From Nitrospirales bacterium (lineage in GTDB: Bacteria; Nitrospirota; Nitrospiria; Nitrospirales; UBA8639), in NCBI GenBank assembly GCA_965203295.1, contig CBDBCZ010000017.1, positions 1,312,001 through 1,376,000 on the forward strand: DNA of 64,000 nt, in the 5' to 3' direction. The position numbers were made by a program, and so were the translations under genes. The number at the start of each line of letters is the position of its first letter. Within the stretch, counting starts at the first letter, position 1. Below are positions 1 to 43,428 of this stretch, in pieces. Below the pieces are notes generated by a model. It was not told the origin of the DNA. It searched no databases and was given only the letters and a program-made list of their open reading frames with translations.

Positions 1-109
1 TGAAAATAATCGCACTCTTTCTCTATAGGGGTAAATGTACTGCTACATGTACATGTACTCATCTAGTATGTGATTACATACATGTATGTAATTCCTTCTC
101 TCTGTCCAG

Positions 110-5285
<5,176 letters not shown>

Positions 5286-5738
5286 TTCATTCATGGAGAT
5301 ATACGTGTTAACTGATGTTTTGTATGCATGTATATAGGCATGGGCAGCCGTGACAATTGTAGTCCTGAAAATGTAATAATTATTGTGCCACCAGAAGTAT
5401 TTTTATTCCTGACTTAATGCAAGCAAACCTGACAATCTACAGTAGTATAAGTATTTACAGTGCTTCATTTGTAGGGAGCAGTAAAACAAAGCGGTATTCC
5501 CTGGCATGTGTCATGCTCACAGTAGCTTAGTAGCTACGTGTGTATATTGCATATGGGGGCTCACTCACGATGTTGCACTTTGGCGCACGTGACGTGTGGC
5601 GCGTATTCGTATACGAGTAATTATACGGGAATAAAACGGACTCCTAATTATCTAGGATTAGCTAATTACCCCGCGGCTCGAACAGCGAAGGCTGTCATGT
5701 CGCCGAGTCCTAAAAGTTCGCTACATTGACCAGAAAAT

Positions 5739-32136
<26,398 letters not shown>

Positions 32137-33807
32137 ATTAGTAAATGCACAAACAATGACTGTCCGCATTATTTTTAGAGCTATATAGAGTGTATCGTTG
32201 TAGGCTGTATAATAGCTGTGGTTCTACATTTTATACGCAAAAGTTTTTTAGTTACCAAAATTGGCAGTGTTTAGACTGTTAGAAAGTCCTGTACATGTAT
32301 ATGGTCGCTCTTATTAATTTGATCATAAGTTTGTTTTTTATGAAGTGTGAGTCTATAATATTTTTATACCTTGTGTTATTGTTATAGCTTAATAATGTGA
32401 TATTCACAAAAATACTTCTGTATGAAAATGTGTGACTGGCTTTTTATAGTTTTACTAGTTTTTATCACTTACAGGCTTTAATTTCTACCCCATTCTGATA
32501 ATTTATATGTACTAAAGTTTTTTGTTATGCAGTAGTAAATTGGGAGTGTGTGCGATTTAATTTTATAAGAGCCAGTACAATGTCCTTTTTTAAGGGGAGA
32601 GATTTCTTGGATGGCATGGTCTTGGAACAAAGGACGTAAGAACGGTATGCACATTTTCCTTCAAGGAAACTTATGCATAATTATAATATTATGTTCCGCG
32701 CAAACCAGGAAGTTGCGCAATCTTGGGATTACGCTACGCAAAGTAGGAATCCATACTTTGGCGCGCAATCCCAGGATTGCGCAGTTTTTTGCGCGAAGTG
32801 GGAATACGTTGCGCAAACCCTGCACTGCGCATATTTGTTCGTACAAAGTTAGATTTTTGATATGAAGCGCATGTAGGGACAAAGTATGAACAGCAAAGGG
32901 TCAAGTGCTGTAAAAACAAACAGTGGTTACAAAACCAATCGCCAACATGATGTGTATTAAAACCAACAATTGTAATGAAACCATTTGTCACAATCATTAC
33001 ATTGTCATATTATTCTGGTAATCTACAATCACAATAAAAACGGATGAATGAAACTGATGGCTTGCAAGCCGCTAGAGACACTGCATTACTGTCCTGGCGT
33101 GGCATTTTTATAGCTAGCTGTAGAAGTAACAACATCACGTGTGCGCAAAAGTGGAATACCATACCATACCATACAATACAATACAATACATTATAGTATT
33201 TTGCGTGGGCGGATCAAAGGCGAAAAGTGTGCTTTATTTTCCATATAGCAGTTATGGTGTGAAGAGTGCTATATGAAAACTCATACAGCACAGGAAGTAC
33301 AATATAGAACAGGTCATGGGTAATTGAGAACTTTTTGCAATTAACTGTAAACAGAATCCACGAAAGTGCAGCAGGGCCAGCTGCAAGTGCGGCAAAGCAA
33401 AGGTACTTGAACGGAGCAAAAACGGCTAGCGACAGTTAATACAGAGATTGGTAAATGCACAAAAAGCGCTACTTAATACGGCAAGAAAAACGGGCTGGTA
33501 AAGAGACAGTACTAGCTACAAATGGCAAACACTCCTAGCAAATGGGAACAACCATACGGAGCTCATCCATGGTACAACACGTTAGCTACCATGGTACCAG
33601 TAAAGCCTTGAGCCTAGCAGTGCTATTTGATGCACAAAGCGGTAAGCTTGCAGCGTACAGACAGACGGAAACGCAACAAAACTAGGCATACACCGAGAAT
33701 AGCAGCTTACCATGCTTTCTACATCGATTGTCGAGCGATCTGTGAGCCAAAAAACGCCATATCCCTCCAGGACCAGCACAAAATTCAAACGTGAAATACT
33801 ATAAACC

Positions 33808-33968
33808 AGTTAAAGCACCGTATACCCTCGTGCACTACGTGAAATATTGCACTTGGGCGTGGTCTCGAGGCCAAATATAGCACTCGGCTTCGCCTCGTGC
33901 TATATTTGCCTCTCGCCCACGCCCTCGTGCAATATTTCACGTAGTGCACTCGGGACGGTGCTTTAACT
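33808..33968. repeat. 160-bp imperfect palindrome
   Basis: AGTTAAAGCACCGT..GTGCACTACGTGAAATATTGCAC ... GTGCAATATTTCACGTAGTGCAC..ACGGTGCTTTAACT. Confidence 0.8.
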
Positions 33969-34058
33969 AATACAATACAATACAATACAATACAATACAA
34001 TACAATACAATACAATACAATACAATACAATACAATACAATACAATACAATACAATAC
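33969..34058. repeat. (TACAA)n pentanucleotide microsatellite
   Basis: Direct inspection. Confidence 0.95.
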
Positions 34059-34310
34059 AAAAACAAAACAATACAATTAATACACACACCAGTCAAATTA
34101 CACCGTCAAGGGAAGGGGGTAGAGTCAGGTGACGGTGTAGCCACAGGGTGGCATTGCCACGCCACAGGGCAATGGCGGTCCTGCTGAAAAGGTGCTTGGT
34201 AGAGTTGGCTGCGCAATCCCGGGATTGCGCGCCAAAGTATGGATTCCTAGTTTGTTTGTTTTTTTACAATACAATACTGCTTCAGGCAAAAGTGTACCAG
34301 TGGTAGTTTG

Positions 34311-34729
34311 AATGGCAGACTTGCACTATAGCAAAATTCTAATTAGAGCACAATTTTTTTAGCCGTTGCCCCTAGCGACCAAATATATTGTAGCCCTTAA
34401 TACACTTATGAAAAAAATCCAAGTTTGAAAATCATAGCTTGTTTGAACATTAAGATATGCAGACGCAAGTTTTCGATTTCCTGTACATTCTTAATGGAGA
34501 TGTGCTTTTTTGACCCCCAACTGACTTTGGGGGTCAAAAAAGCACCTCTCCATTGAAAATGTACAGGAATTTGGAAACTTTGCGTCTGCATATCTTGATG
34601 ATCAAACAAGCTATGATTTTCAAACTTGGATTTTTTTTTCATATGGCTACAACATATTTGGTCGCTAGGGGCAACAGCTAAAAAATTGTGCTCTAATTTG
34701 AATTTTTGCTATAGTGCAAGTCTGCCATT
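34311..34729. mobile_element. ~420-bp foldback palindrome
   Basis: Arms of ~205 bp (AATGGCAGACTTGCACTATAGC...TTTTTTGACCCCCAA / TTGGGGGTCAAAAAA...GCTATAGTGCAAGTCTGCCATT) with a loop of only a few nt near 34521. Confidence 0.85.
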
Positions 34730-34969
34730 GCGCAATTCTAGGATTGCGCAAATTCCTGGTTCGCGCGGAACATATATAGAGCACACTACCGCTACAAAAG
34801 TTTGACGCTTGGCTTATACATGTATTAGTATAGTCCTAGTCAAATGCAGTCTGTAGATCTCTTCAGTGTATTAAATATTCATCAAAGCTCTCCCATGAAT
34901 GATAGCTCACTTGCAATGGGCAGAGAGTGACAGCAGAAAGACAGACGAGATACTCGCATATGCCATATT

Positions 34970-35083
34970 ATTCAGTATGCTCAGGACGGCTCTTACCCTC
35001 CCGAGCTCACGAAGGAAAAGAAAAGAGCTGTCAGAAAGCGTACTCAGACCCTCCTAACCATAGATAAAGGCGAAGTGACCTAA
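34970..35083 (+). pseudogene. Possible fragment of a Ginger/gypsy-like integrase N-terminus
   Basis: Translates IQYAQDGSYPPELTKEKKRAVRKRTQTLLTIDKGEV*, resembling the Y...G.YP...TK..KR..RKR segment found before integrase zinc-binding domains. Truncated. Confidence 0.35.
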
Positions 35084-35741
35084 TCTGGCACTGGTACGGT
35101 ACGCGGTACGGCCGGCCAGCAACTATCCAAACTTGCACGTGCAGGCCCACGGGAAACAAATTTTTAGGGGGTCCACATATTAATTATTTCAGAAACAAGT
35201 CTGACATTTCATGTCTAAAAACCAGCCGGGCACCTTTCCCGTACATTACAATAAGTTACACACAACTCAGCGTAGGCCAAGCTAACTGCAGCTGCAGAAC
35301 TACAAATTATAGCAACTATAGTCACGTGATCACGTTCCCAGACCTACAAATTATCAGCGAAAGTGCTGACTCAGCAGTTTCGTCGTGCGCTTCTAGTTAG
35401 AAGTTATACGCCACCAAAACAGGATCTTTACGGATACCTACCAAGTTTTCGCCATCTAGGCAACTTACAACTACCTTCGTTTGCTGTAGCTTGGCCTGCA
35501 AACCTCCAAAAGCTGCTATATACTGCAGTTGCATAGTAAGCAGTTGCATAGTAACGCATGACGTATACTGCGCACGTGATAAGTGCGGACGCACAAACAA
35601 ACAGACGCGGAAAACGTAAAGCAGATCTAGGACCAGCCGTTCGCGCGCTGCGCGCGCTCCGGCTGGTAAAAATCGTTCCGGGGGCAACGAGTTCGAAGGG
35701 GGTCCAAATTAAACGCGATAGCCCTCCATTTAAATTCTGCT

Positions 35742-36357
35742 ATGGCTCGGTGCTGTAGTCGGAGCACGCTGGTTGTTTTGGCAGTGTCTGTGGGTCTGCT
35801 TGCGTATGTATCATTCCAGAAGACCACAGTGACAATTAAGTTGAGCAGAGTCATCAAGAGCGACTCCCATGCAGTCGGTTTTCCAGCTGTTCAAAAACCC
35901 TGAGGTACTGACGCGATACCAGCCATACACACAGACAGTGGAGGTGAAAGGCAAAGTTGAGAAACCCTCATTAGGCTCAGAGAGTATCATAACTGAATAC
36001 ATTTTGAGAGGTGATACCACACTTTCACTTTTGTTTGGTATAGAGCTCACAGCTGTCATTGATGGAAACTATAGCTATATGCTCAGTAACGCTCTTCAGT
36101 CTGAGGATTTCATGTTATCTATGGACCTTAAGTCTTCTTCTCTGGGGATTACAATGGATATGGATGCTGTGTGGACGATAGCCCACACTAAGGAGGGTGA
36201 AACTTTGCTCTCTGAAGTTCTCCAGCTTTACCCCCCCCCCCCCCCCAAAATCATGGCGAGCCTTGTGGAAAATACAGCAAGGTGTGCTCATGAGATCATG
36301 CTGAACAGTATAAAAGAAAGTGCTGAAAGAGATTTAAAGTCTGAATTTATGGACTAG
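35742..36357 (+). pseudogene. Intronless SRPBCC/START-like (polyketide cyclase-like) protein with N-terminal hydrophobic anchor, frameshifted near 35860
   Basis: ATG 35742 gives MARCCSRSTLVVLAVSVGLLAYVSFQKTTVTIKLSRVIK; the +1 frame continues ATPMQSVFQLFKNPEVLTRYQPY...EGETLLSEVLQL..AHEIMLNSIK. The joined sequence fits the SRPBCC pattern S.VI.A....VF....NPE.L.RY.P. Confidence 0.55.
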
Positions 36358-36364
36358 ACTCTAA

Positions 36365-36612
36365 GGCCACTCCAAATTAATTTACTTCCCTGTCTACCGC
36401 CCGCATCCTATTTGTGTACCCACATCTGCCTTAATTTTAGTATTTTCTGCACTATATTCGCACGCTACAGCAAAAAAAAAATCATTTTAGCAGCATAAAA
36501 TGCCTATAATTATACAATGTAGGGGAAGCCAGTGAATGTACGAAAGTCCTATAGTCCTTATCAACCGCCCGCCCATATCCTGTGGGAAAACTAAAGATTA
36601 TTTGGAGTGGCC
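36365..36612. mobile_element. PIF/Harbinger-type MITE (GGCC termini)
   Basis: GGCCACTCCAAAT / ATTTGGAGTGGCC TIRs, flanked TAA / TAG; TIR related to 50827-51224. Confidence 0.6.
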
Positions 36613-37360
36613 TAGTGACAGGGAACAGTAGATTATAATTACAGACAATGACTATTAATCCTTTCACTGGTAGAGACCTCCTTCCATAAGTTTCATATAA
36701 ATTTATATGGTGTCTTTATATTAGGCGTTAATGTACATGTAACTAATTGGTTATTAGGTTTTGTAGGTATTTAAGTGAGTATGCTGTGTTATTTGGTATG
36801 TCTGTACAGTGTCATGCTTGCAGTGTATAGAAATGATGAGCTTGTGTGAAGAACTGCATGCATCTCGCCGACCTCTTCCATTATATTCTGTTCAGAAAAG
36901 CAATGTAGCTAGTCGAGTCTCCCACAGACACCGTGCATGCCAGATGCATGGCAATGACGATTTTATGTTGCAGTTTTCTATATGCAGCAGCAACTCTTGG
37001 ACCCAATCCATCAGGACATGTATTGCATTGTAAAATAGCCCTTAGTTATCAGTGGTGTAACCACTACTAACCAGCTATCTCATATAGCCGGCTACTTATA
37101 AGCTGTACCTAGTAATTTTAAATTTTAAAAAATCTGTACACCCCCCTGTCTACACTGTGAACATACATACATTTACAGGAGTGCTGTTTAGTCAAAAGTA
37201 TAAAATACGTACCTATACAGTCTAGATCTCAGTGCGAATAAAAATCAGCGAAGTGTTCCCATGAATGATACAAGTATAACATGGTACTATAGAAGTTTGT
37301 TATCATAATAAGACCAATAAGTTCTTTTTTGCTGTAGTAAACGAAACTGATGCAATTAAG

Positions 37361-39199
37361 TTACTGCTTGCTATTTCCACACGCAGGAAATGTCTCTTGC
37401 TCAAAGTGTAAGGAAGTGTGACCTTTGCTACCATTTCCAAACCTCCTTCCCTGCCTCTCAGCTGACGGCAGAAGTGGTTCGTACTCCTCAGGATGAGCAA
37501 CCCTGTCAGGGAAATCATCTCTGTCACTGTAATCATCCATATGATTATCAACACGAGGTAAAGTAGCTCTTTGAGATATAATTTTCTGAAACAATGGGGA
37601 ACAGTGCTGGTGTAGACCCGATCGGAGTAGTATTTGATAGGTGATGTATAATACGATATATAAGAGAGGGATAACTGCCAGTCCATATGCCATGTCAAAA
37701 CGAGTGTGATTAACATACCTTGCATACACAGTAGACACTTCTCCAAAGCAATACAGTGCAAAAGCGACCGAGTCCCAGATGTTTATCCAGCTTTCTTTGT
37801 ATGGCCGAAGAAGAGCAAATAGCAAAGAAGCTACACCAAGTGTTAAAGCCCTCAAAATTTGTCTATTGTGACTAGACAATACGGATGTATTAATTATCAT
37901 AACACGAAAAATCAGGTAAAATCCGGCAAAGTATCTCCAGTCAGGAGTTCCCGCAGTCCCATCCTTGTAGTGTCCTTGGAAGGCATCTGCGAATATGTGC
38001 AGTGCATGCCATCGAACTCTGAAACAGTCTAGACATTTCTGAAAGATTCGGACTGGGTACAGCAACAGAAGTAACAGTGGCATTATAATGAAAATGATAG
38101 CCATGGCTATAGCGGAAACAGCAAAGGGGAGGTGCTCTGCACTGAAGTTTGGAATTGATGCATTGTAAAACACGCTAACGTTTGACCTCTGACTTGGAAT
38201 AGCGTATAATGAGCACGCACGAAGTGAAATAGATGATACAAACACAATCTTTGAATACGAAAGCAATAAAAATGAGGCAAATATGTGAACCAGAGATGCT
38301 GTTGGGTTCCAACTACTTATTCTGCCAGCACAACACTTGTGAAATGGCCTCCACAACCATATAAGTATCCCACAGCCTCTAGCATGTAGCTGGATGCAGG
38401 CGTATAAAACTAAAATCAGGACCATAGGATAAAAAGCTTCTATATACTTTAGAGATAAAGACTGCAGTGTGGTTAGTTGGGTACTTATGCAAAATGGAGG
38501 AATGAGGTAGGTGAAGAAGTCCAGATTTGTGACTCCAAAGAGAGTCAGGAGTACTACTGTGAGGTTGTGGACAGGCTTTGAGGCCTGCATGAATGAGTAT
38601 GGGTCTGTGTTTACTGAAGTAATCAAAGTCTGAGTGACAAATACGAAGGCATTCAGTGGTGCTGCAGTTATGCGAATCTGGCAAAACAATAGAATAAGGA
38701 AAAGCAATGTAGTTGGGAACGTTGCAAGGAAAATGTACAATAGCCACCCGTAACCACTATCCAAGCACTTTGTACACTGAAGTGTGTATGAGAGCACAAC
38801 AGGTCCCAGACCAGGCTGACAGTGGCTACACTGAACGCCTGTCCGATTCAACCCACCACACATGAACTCGTTCAACTGAGTGACATCCTGTGGTAGCTTT
38901 ACGTATGCTTCTTTTACATCAGGTTTGTGGTAATTAAATGGACAGGGACCTACCACAGTTTCGTTAGTTGCCTCATCGTATGTCATACAACTGCCAAAAC
39001 TAAGCATTGTCGAGTTGGAGGACTGGTTGCAAAGTACCGCTCCACTCAATGAATTCCCACACACACAAGTATCGGTACCATTGAAGACTTGATGGACAAA
39101 CCAGGTCGGGCACTGCTCACTCTCTTTATTCAAATCTCCTTCATGACAGTGCACCACTGATGACAGTAGCAACAGCAATAAAAACATGAGGCTTGCCAT
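37361..39199 (-). CDS. Uncharacterised multi-pass membrane protein with signal peptide and Cys-rich ectodomain, copy 1 (intronless, ~612 aa)
   Basis: First ATG 39199 MASLMFLLLLLLSSVVHC; CPTWF..CVCG..C..CMTYD..GPCPF..LNEFMCGGLNRTGVQCSHC; about 10 hydrophobic segments; DAFQGHYKDGT.GT.DWRYFAG motif; cytoplasmic DDFPDRVAHPEEYEPLL. Confidence 0.9.
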   Translation of the reverse strand: MASLMFLLLLLLSSVVHCHEGDLNKESEQCPTWFVHQVFNGTDTCVCGNSLSGAVLCNQSSNSTMLSFGSCMTYDEATNETVVGPCPFNYHKPDVKEAYVKLPQDVTQLNEFMCGGLNRTGVQCSHCQPGLGPVVLSYTLQCTKCLDSGYGWLLYIFLATFPTTLLFLILLFCQIRITAAPLNAFVFVTQTLITSVNTDPYSFMQASKPVHNLTVVLLTLFGVTNLDFFTYLIPPFCISTQLTTLQSLSLKYIEAFYPMVLILVLYACIQLHARGCGILIWLWRPFHKCCAGRISSWNPTASLVHIFASFLLLSYSKIVFVSSISLRACSLYAIPSQRSNVSVFYNASIPNFSAEHLPFAVSAIAMAIIFIIMPLLLLLLYPVRIFQKCLDCFRVRWHALHIFADAFQGHYKDGTAGTPDWRYFAGFYLIFRVMIINTSVLSSHNRQILRALTLGVASLLFALLRPYKESWINIWDSVAFALYCFGEVSTVYARYVNHTRFDMAYGLAVIPLLYIVLYITYQILLRSGLHQHCSPLFQKIISQRATLPRVDNHMDDYSDRDDFPDRVAHPEEYEPLLPSAERQGRRFGNGSKGHTSLHFEQETFPACGNSKQ

Positions 39200-39889
39200 C
39201 GGGTGTATAGCACAGTCCAAAGCAAATTAAAGACTTGTTGGTAGAGCTATCAGTAAGCTGTAAACTCGGCTACAAGCATTACTAGCCAGTTGTACATGTG
39301 TTTCATCTTTATTGCTTCACTCTGTATGAAGCCCATGAATGCATGCCTGCAGGATGGGTGTGACTAGCAACACTGGAGCTAATAAGGAATACTCTGCCCA
39401 CGTAATTTGGCTTACAGTATGATCTTTCCAATAACTATTTCAAATATTATATATCTTTTTAGAGACTATGTAGTATCTTACTGGTAGCTGGATTTGAAGT
39501 TGACTGTGCTGACAAAGACAGATATTATTTATAGAAAATAATAATTATAAAATGCATGACGAATGAAAAATTAATAGAAGATAGCATCCGTAGTTGCTAC
39601 TTATTGCTACAAGTAAAGTCATATACATTAATGTGGTGGGTGCAGTGCATGTGGGCTTGAGGGGATATTCCTGAAAGGAAGACGTGGGAAGATAAAAGTA
39701 GTTTGTGTAACACAGCATCCACACACTAGTTGTCAATAGTAAACACTAGTAGAGTTGATAACTGTAGTAATATCATTTCACTGTGGATCAAAATGCAGAA
39801 AATACTTCTCGATTGGTACATGAACTAAAGAGATGTGTTCTTCATCCAGTTCATTTAAAAAACCCTTTCAATGTCTCTCTGCATGCTAA

Positions 39890-40110
39890 TGACAGAAGTG
39901 GTTCGTACTGTTTAGGATGAGCAACCCTGTCAGGGAAATTGTTTGTGTCAATGTAATCAATAATTATAATGATTGTCGATACGGGGGAAAGGAGTTCCTT
40001 GAGTTGTAACTTCTGAAACATGAGGAGCAGTGCTGGTGCAAGTCTGATTGAAGTAGCCTGTGATAGGCGATATATTTTAAAGACGAAGCTTGCATCGTGG
40101 TTAGTTTACT
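39890..40110 (-). pseudogene. Degenerate 3' remnant of the same membrane-protein family
   Basis: GAAGTGGTTCGTACTGTTTAGGATGAGCAACCCTGTCAGGGAAATT.. matches the FPDRVAHPE.YEPLL-coding segment; the rest is deleted or disrupted. Confidence 0.7.
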
Positions 40111-40423
40111 ACTTATAAACTGCAACCAAACTATGGCTACAGTAACCCATCTATTTCTGCAGTGATGCACTAGATCAGTAGCTACCTCTTGGAATGAATG
40201 CTATAGATTATGGGGGTGTGAAATAGTTTGATTGACTAAGTGAAGCACTATATGATAGCAACACAATTGTGGGGTGAATAATCTATAGCGTTTTTCAGCA
40301 TATAGCTAGTCTCACATATCTTGCTGTGTAAGAGCTGTACTGGGATATACATCTGGTACATAATTATACTAGAGCTCTACATACTGTCAGTAGTATAGAG
40401 GCTCTACACAGTCACACACAAGT

Positions 40424-40561
<138 letters not shown>

Positions 40562-41042
40562 GTGTCACACTTGCACACCTAACGCACATGAACATGAGGT
40601 GAAGTCACCATTATAGTCTCAAAATGATCATGCATGATGCAAGTTTTCTACAAGCCTCCATACATGTACCTGTTCTCTGCTTGTCAATACTGTTTATACT
40701 CCTTACACATGCAGCGTGGGGTGTTCAGTAAAGACTATATGCATGTAGCCACCCTTCACTGATTGCTATGACAGTGAAGCCTACATGACTGTGTATTAAA
40801 TTTTGTAGTGTCTAATGCCACCACACCTTACTGCATTATGAATTGTATAATCAAAAATGAGAGGCTAACTGCAACTGTTGGTGTATACCAGAATATAACA
40901 AAGAACACTATATTATATGCAAAGTGCACTATAATAGCATATGCCCAACAAAAACTGAAGAAAAATAGCATACCAACATTTTCAGTAAAATAATAAGTAC
41001 GAAACAAAACAAACCCTGCAGCTACATGTACTAGCTAATATA

Positions 41043-42884
41043 TCACTTACTATTTCCACATGCAGGAAAAGTCTCATAATCATTGTATGAAGAATTGATT
41101 TCCTCATTAATATTCTGTGCATTTCCGTACCTCCTTCCCTGCCGCTCAGCTGATTGTACAAGTGGCTCATACAGTTCAGGATGAGCAACCCTGTCAGGGA
41201 AATCATCTCTGTCTCTGTGATCTCCATAATGATTATCAACACGAGGCAAAGTAGCTCTTTGAGTTGTAACTTTCTGAAAGAATGAGGAGCAGCGCTGGTG
41301 CAGGCCCAATCGGAGTAGTATTTGATAGGTAATGTATAATACGATATATACGAGAGGGATAACTGTCATTCCATATGCCATGTCAAAACGAGTGTGATTA
41401 ATATACCTTGCGTACACAGTACCCACTTCTCCAAAGCAATACAGTGCAAAAGCAACCGAGTCCCAGATGTTTATCCAGCTTTCTTTGTATGGCCGAAGAA
41501 GAGCAAATAGCAAAGAAGCTACACCAAATGTTAAAGTCCTCAAAATTTGTCTATTGTAACTGGACAATACGGATGTATTAATTATCATAACACGAAAAAT
41601 CAAATAAAATCCGGCAAAGTATCTCCAATCGGGAGTTCCCGCAGTCCCATCCTTGTAGTGTCCTTGGAAGGCATCTGCGAATATGTGCAGTGCATGCCAT
41701 CGAACTCTGAAACAGTCTAGACATTTCTGAAAGATTCGGACTGGGTACAGCAACAGAAGTAACAGTGGCATTACAATGAAAATGATAGCCATGGCTATAG
41801 CAGAAACAGCAAAGGGGAGATGCTCTGCACTGAAGTTTGGAATTGATGCATTGTAAAACACGCTAACGTTTGACCTCTGACCAGAAATAGCGTATAATGA
41901 GCAGACACGGAGTGAAATAGATGATACAAACACAATCTTTGAATACGAAAGCAATAAAAATGAGGCAAATATGTGAACCAGAGATACTGTTGGGTTCCAA
42001 CTACTTATTCTGCCAGCACAACACTTGTGAAATGGCCTCCACAACCATATGAGTATCCCACAGCCTCTAGCATGTAGCTGGATGCAGGCGTATAAAACTA
42101 AAATCAGGATCATAGGATAAAAAGCTTCTATATACTTTAGAGATAAAGACTGCAGTGTAGTTAGTTGGGTACTTATGCAAAATGGAGGAATGAGGTAGTT
42201 GAAGAAGTCCAGATTTGTGATTCCAAAGAGAGTCAGGAGTACTACTGTGAGGTTGTGGACAGGCTTTGAGGCCTGTATGAATGAGTATGGGTCTGTGTTT
42301 ACTGAAGTAACCAAAGTCTGAGTGACAAATACGAAGGCATTCAATGGTGCTGCAGTGATGCGAATCTGGCAAAACAATAGAATGAGGAAAAGTAATGTAG
42401 TTGGGAACGTTGCAAGGAAAATGTACAATAGCCACCCGTAACCACTATCCAAGCACTTTGTACACTGAAGTGTGTATGAGAACACAACAGGTCCCAGACC
42501 AGGCTGACAATGGCTGCACTGAACGCCTGTCCGATTCAATCCACCACACATGAACTCGTTCAACTGAGTGACATCCTGTGGTAGCTTTACGTATGCTTCT
42601 TTGACATCAGGTTTGTGGTGATTAAATGGACACGGACCTACCACAGTTTCGTTAGTTGCCTCATCATATGTCATGCAACAACCACAACTAACCATCGTTG
42701 AGTTGGAGGACTGGTTACAAAGTACCATTCCATTAAATGAATTCCCACACACACAAGTATCGGTACCATTGAAGACTTGATGGACAAACCAGGTCGGGCA
42801 CTGCTCACTCTCTCTGTTCAAGTCTCTTTGACAGTGCACCACTGATGACAGTAGCAACAGCAATAAAAACATGAGGCTAGCCAT
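41043..42884 (-). CDS. Uncharacterised multi-pass membrane protein with Cys-rich ectodomain, copy 2 (intronless, ~613 aa)
   Basis: Near-identical paralog of 37361-39199; intact ORF; shared upstream sequence. Confidence 0.9.
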   Translation of the reverse strand: MASLMFLLLLLLSSVVHCQRDLNRESEQCPTWFVHQVFNGTDTCVCGNSFNGMVLCNQSSNSTMVSCGCCMTYDEATNETVVGPCPFNHHKPDVKEAYVKLPQDVTQLNEFMCGGLNRTGVQCSHCQPGLGPVVFSYTLQCTKCLDSGYGWLLYIFLATFPTTLLFLILLFCQIRITAAPLNAFVFVTQTLVTSVNTDPYSFIQASKPVHNLTVVLLTLFGITNLDFFNYLIPPFCISTQLTTLQSLSLKYIEAFYPMILILVLYACIQLHARGCGILIWLWRPFHKCCAGRISSWNPTVSLVHIFASFLLLSYSKIVFVSSISLRVCSLYAISGQRSNVSVFYNASIPNFSAEHLPFAVSAIAMAIIFIVMPLLLLLLYPVRIFQKCLDCFRVRWHALHIFADAFQGHYKDGTAGTPDWRYFAGFYLIFRVMIINTSVLSSYNRQILRTLTFGVASLLFALLRPYKESWINIWDSVAFALYCFGEVGTVYARYINHTRFDMAYGMTVIPLVYIVLYITYQILLRLGLHQRCSSFFQKVTTQRATLPRVDNHYGDHRDRDDFPDRVAHPELYEPLVQSAERQGRRYGNAQNINEEINSSYNDYETFPACGNSK

Positions 42885-43428
42885 CGGGTGTATAGCACAG
42901 TCCAAAGCAAAATTTTAATTAAAGACTTGTTGGTACGTATATAGCTATCAGTAAGCTGTAAACTCGGCTACAAGCATTACTAGCCCATTGTACATGTGTT
43001 TCATCTTTATTGCTTTACTCTGTATGAAGCCCATGAATGCATGCATGTCTGCAGGATGGGAGTGACTTGCAACACAGGAGCTAATAAGGAATAAGTTGCC
43101 CACATAATTTGGATCTTTCCAATACAAATAATAATACTTTTAAAAATCTGTGATGAAGACAGCTTCGTCTATAGTTAGCTACTTATTATTATATACATGA
43201 ATGTGTGGGTGTAGTGCATGTGGGCTGGAGGGATATTCCTGAAAGGAAGACGTGGGAAGATAATAGTAGTTGTGTAACACAGCATCCACACACAAGTTGT
43301 CAATAGTAAACACTATTAGAGTTGATTACTTTTGCAATATCTTTCACTGTTGATAAAAATGCAGGGAATACTTCTCGATCGGTACATTAGGAGATGTGTT
43401 CTTCACCCAGTTCATTTACAAATCCCTT

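Larger units (their letters stand above)
32692..34772. mobile_element. ~2.1-kb composite non-autonomous TIR element (TGT...ACA termini) with nested repeats
   Basis: TGTTCCGCGCAAACCAGGAAGTTGCGCAATC at the left end vs GATTGCGCAAATTCCTGGTTCGCGCGGAACA at the right end; internal sub-terminal repeats GCGCAATCCC(A/G)GGATTGCGC. Confidence 0.7.

Noticed and set aside
38379..38747. Alternative-frame 122-aa ORF conserved in both membrane-protein copies (also 42067-42435)
   Set aside because: Conservation is explained by the recent duplication of the main ORF.
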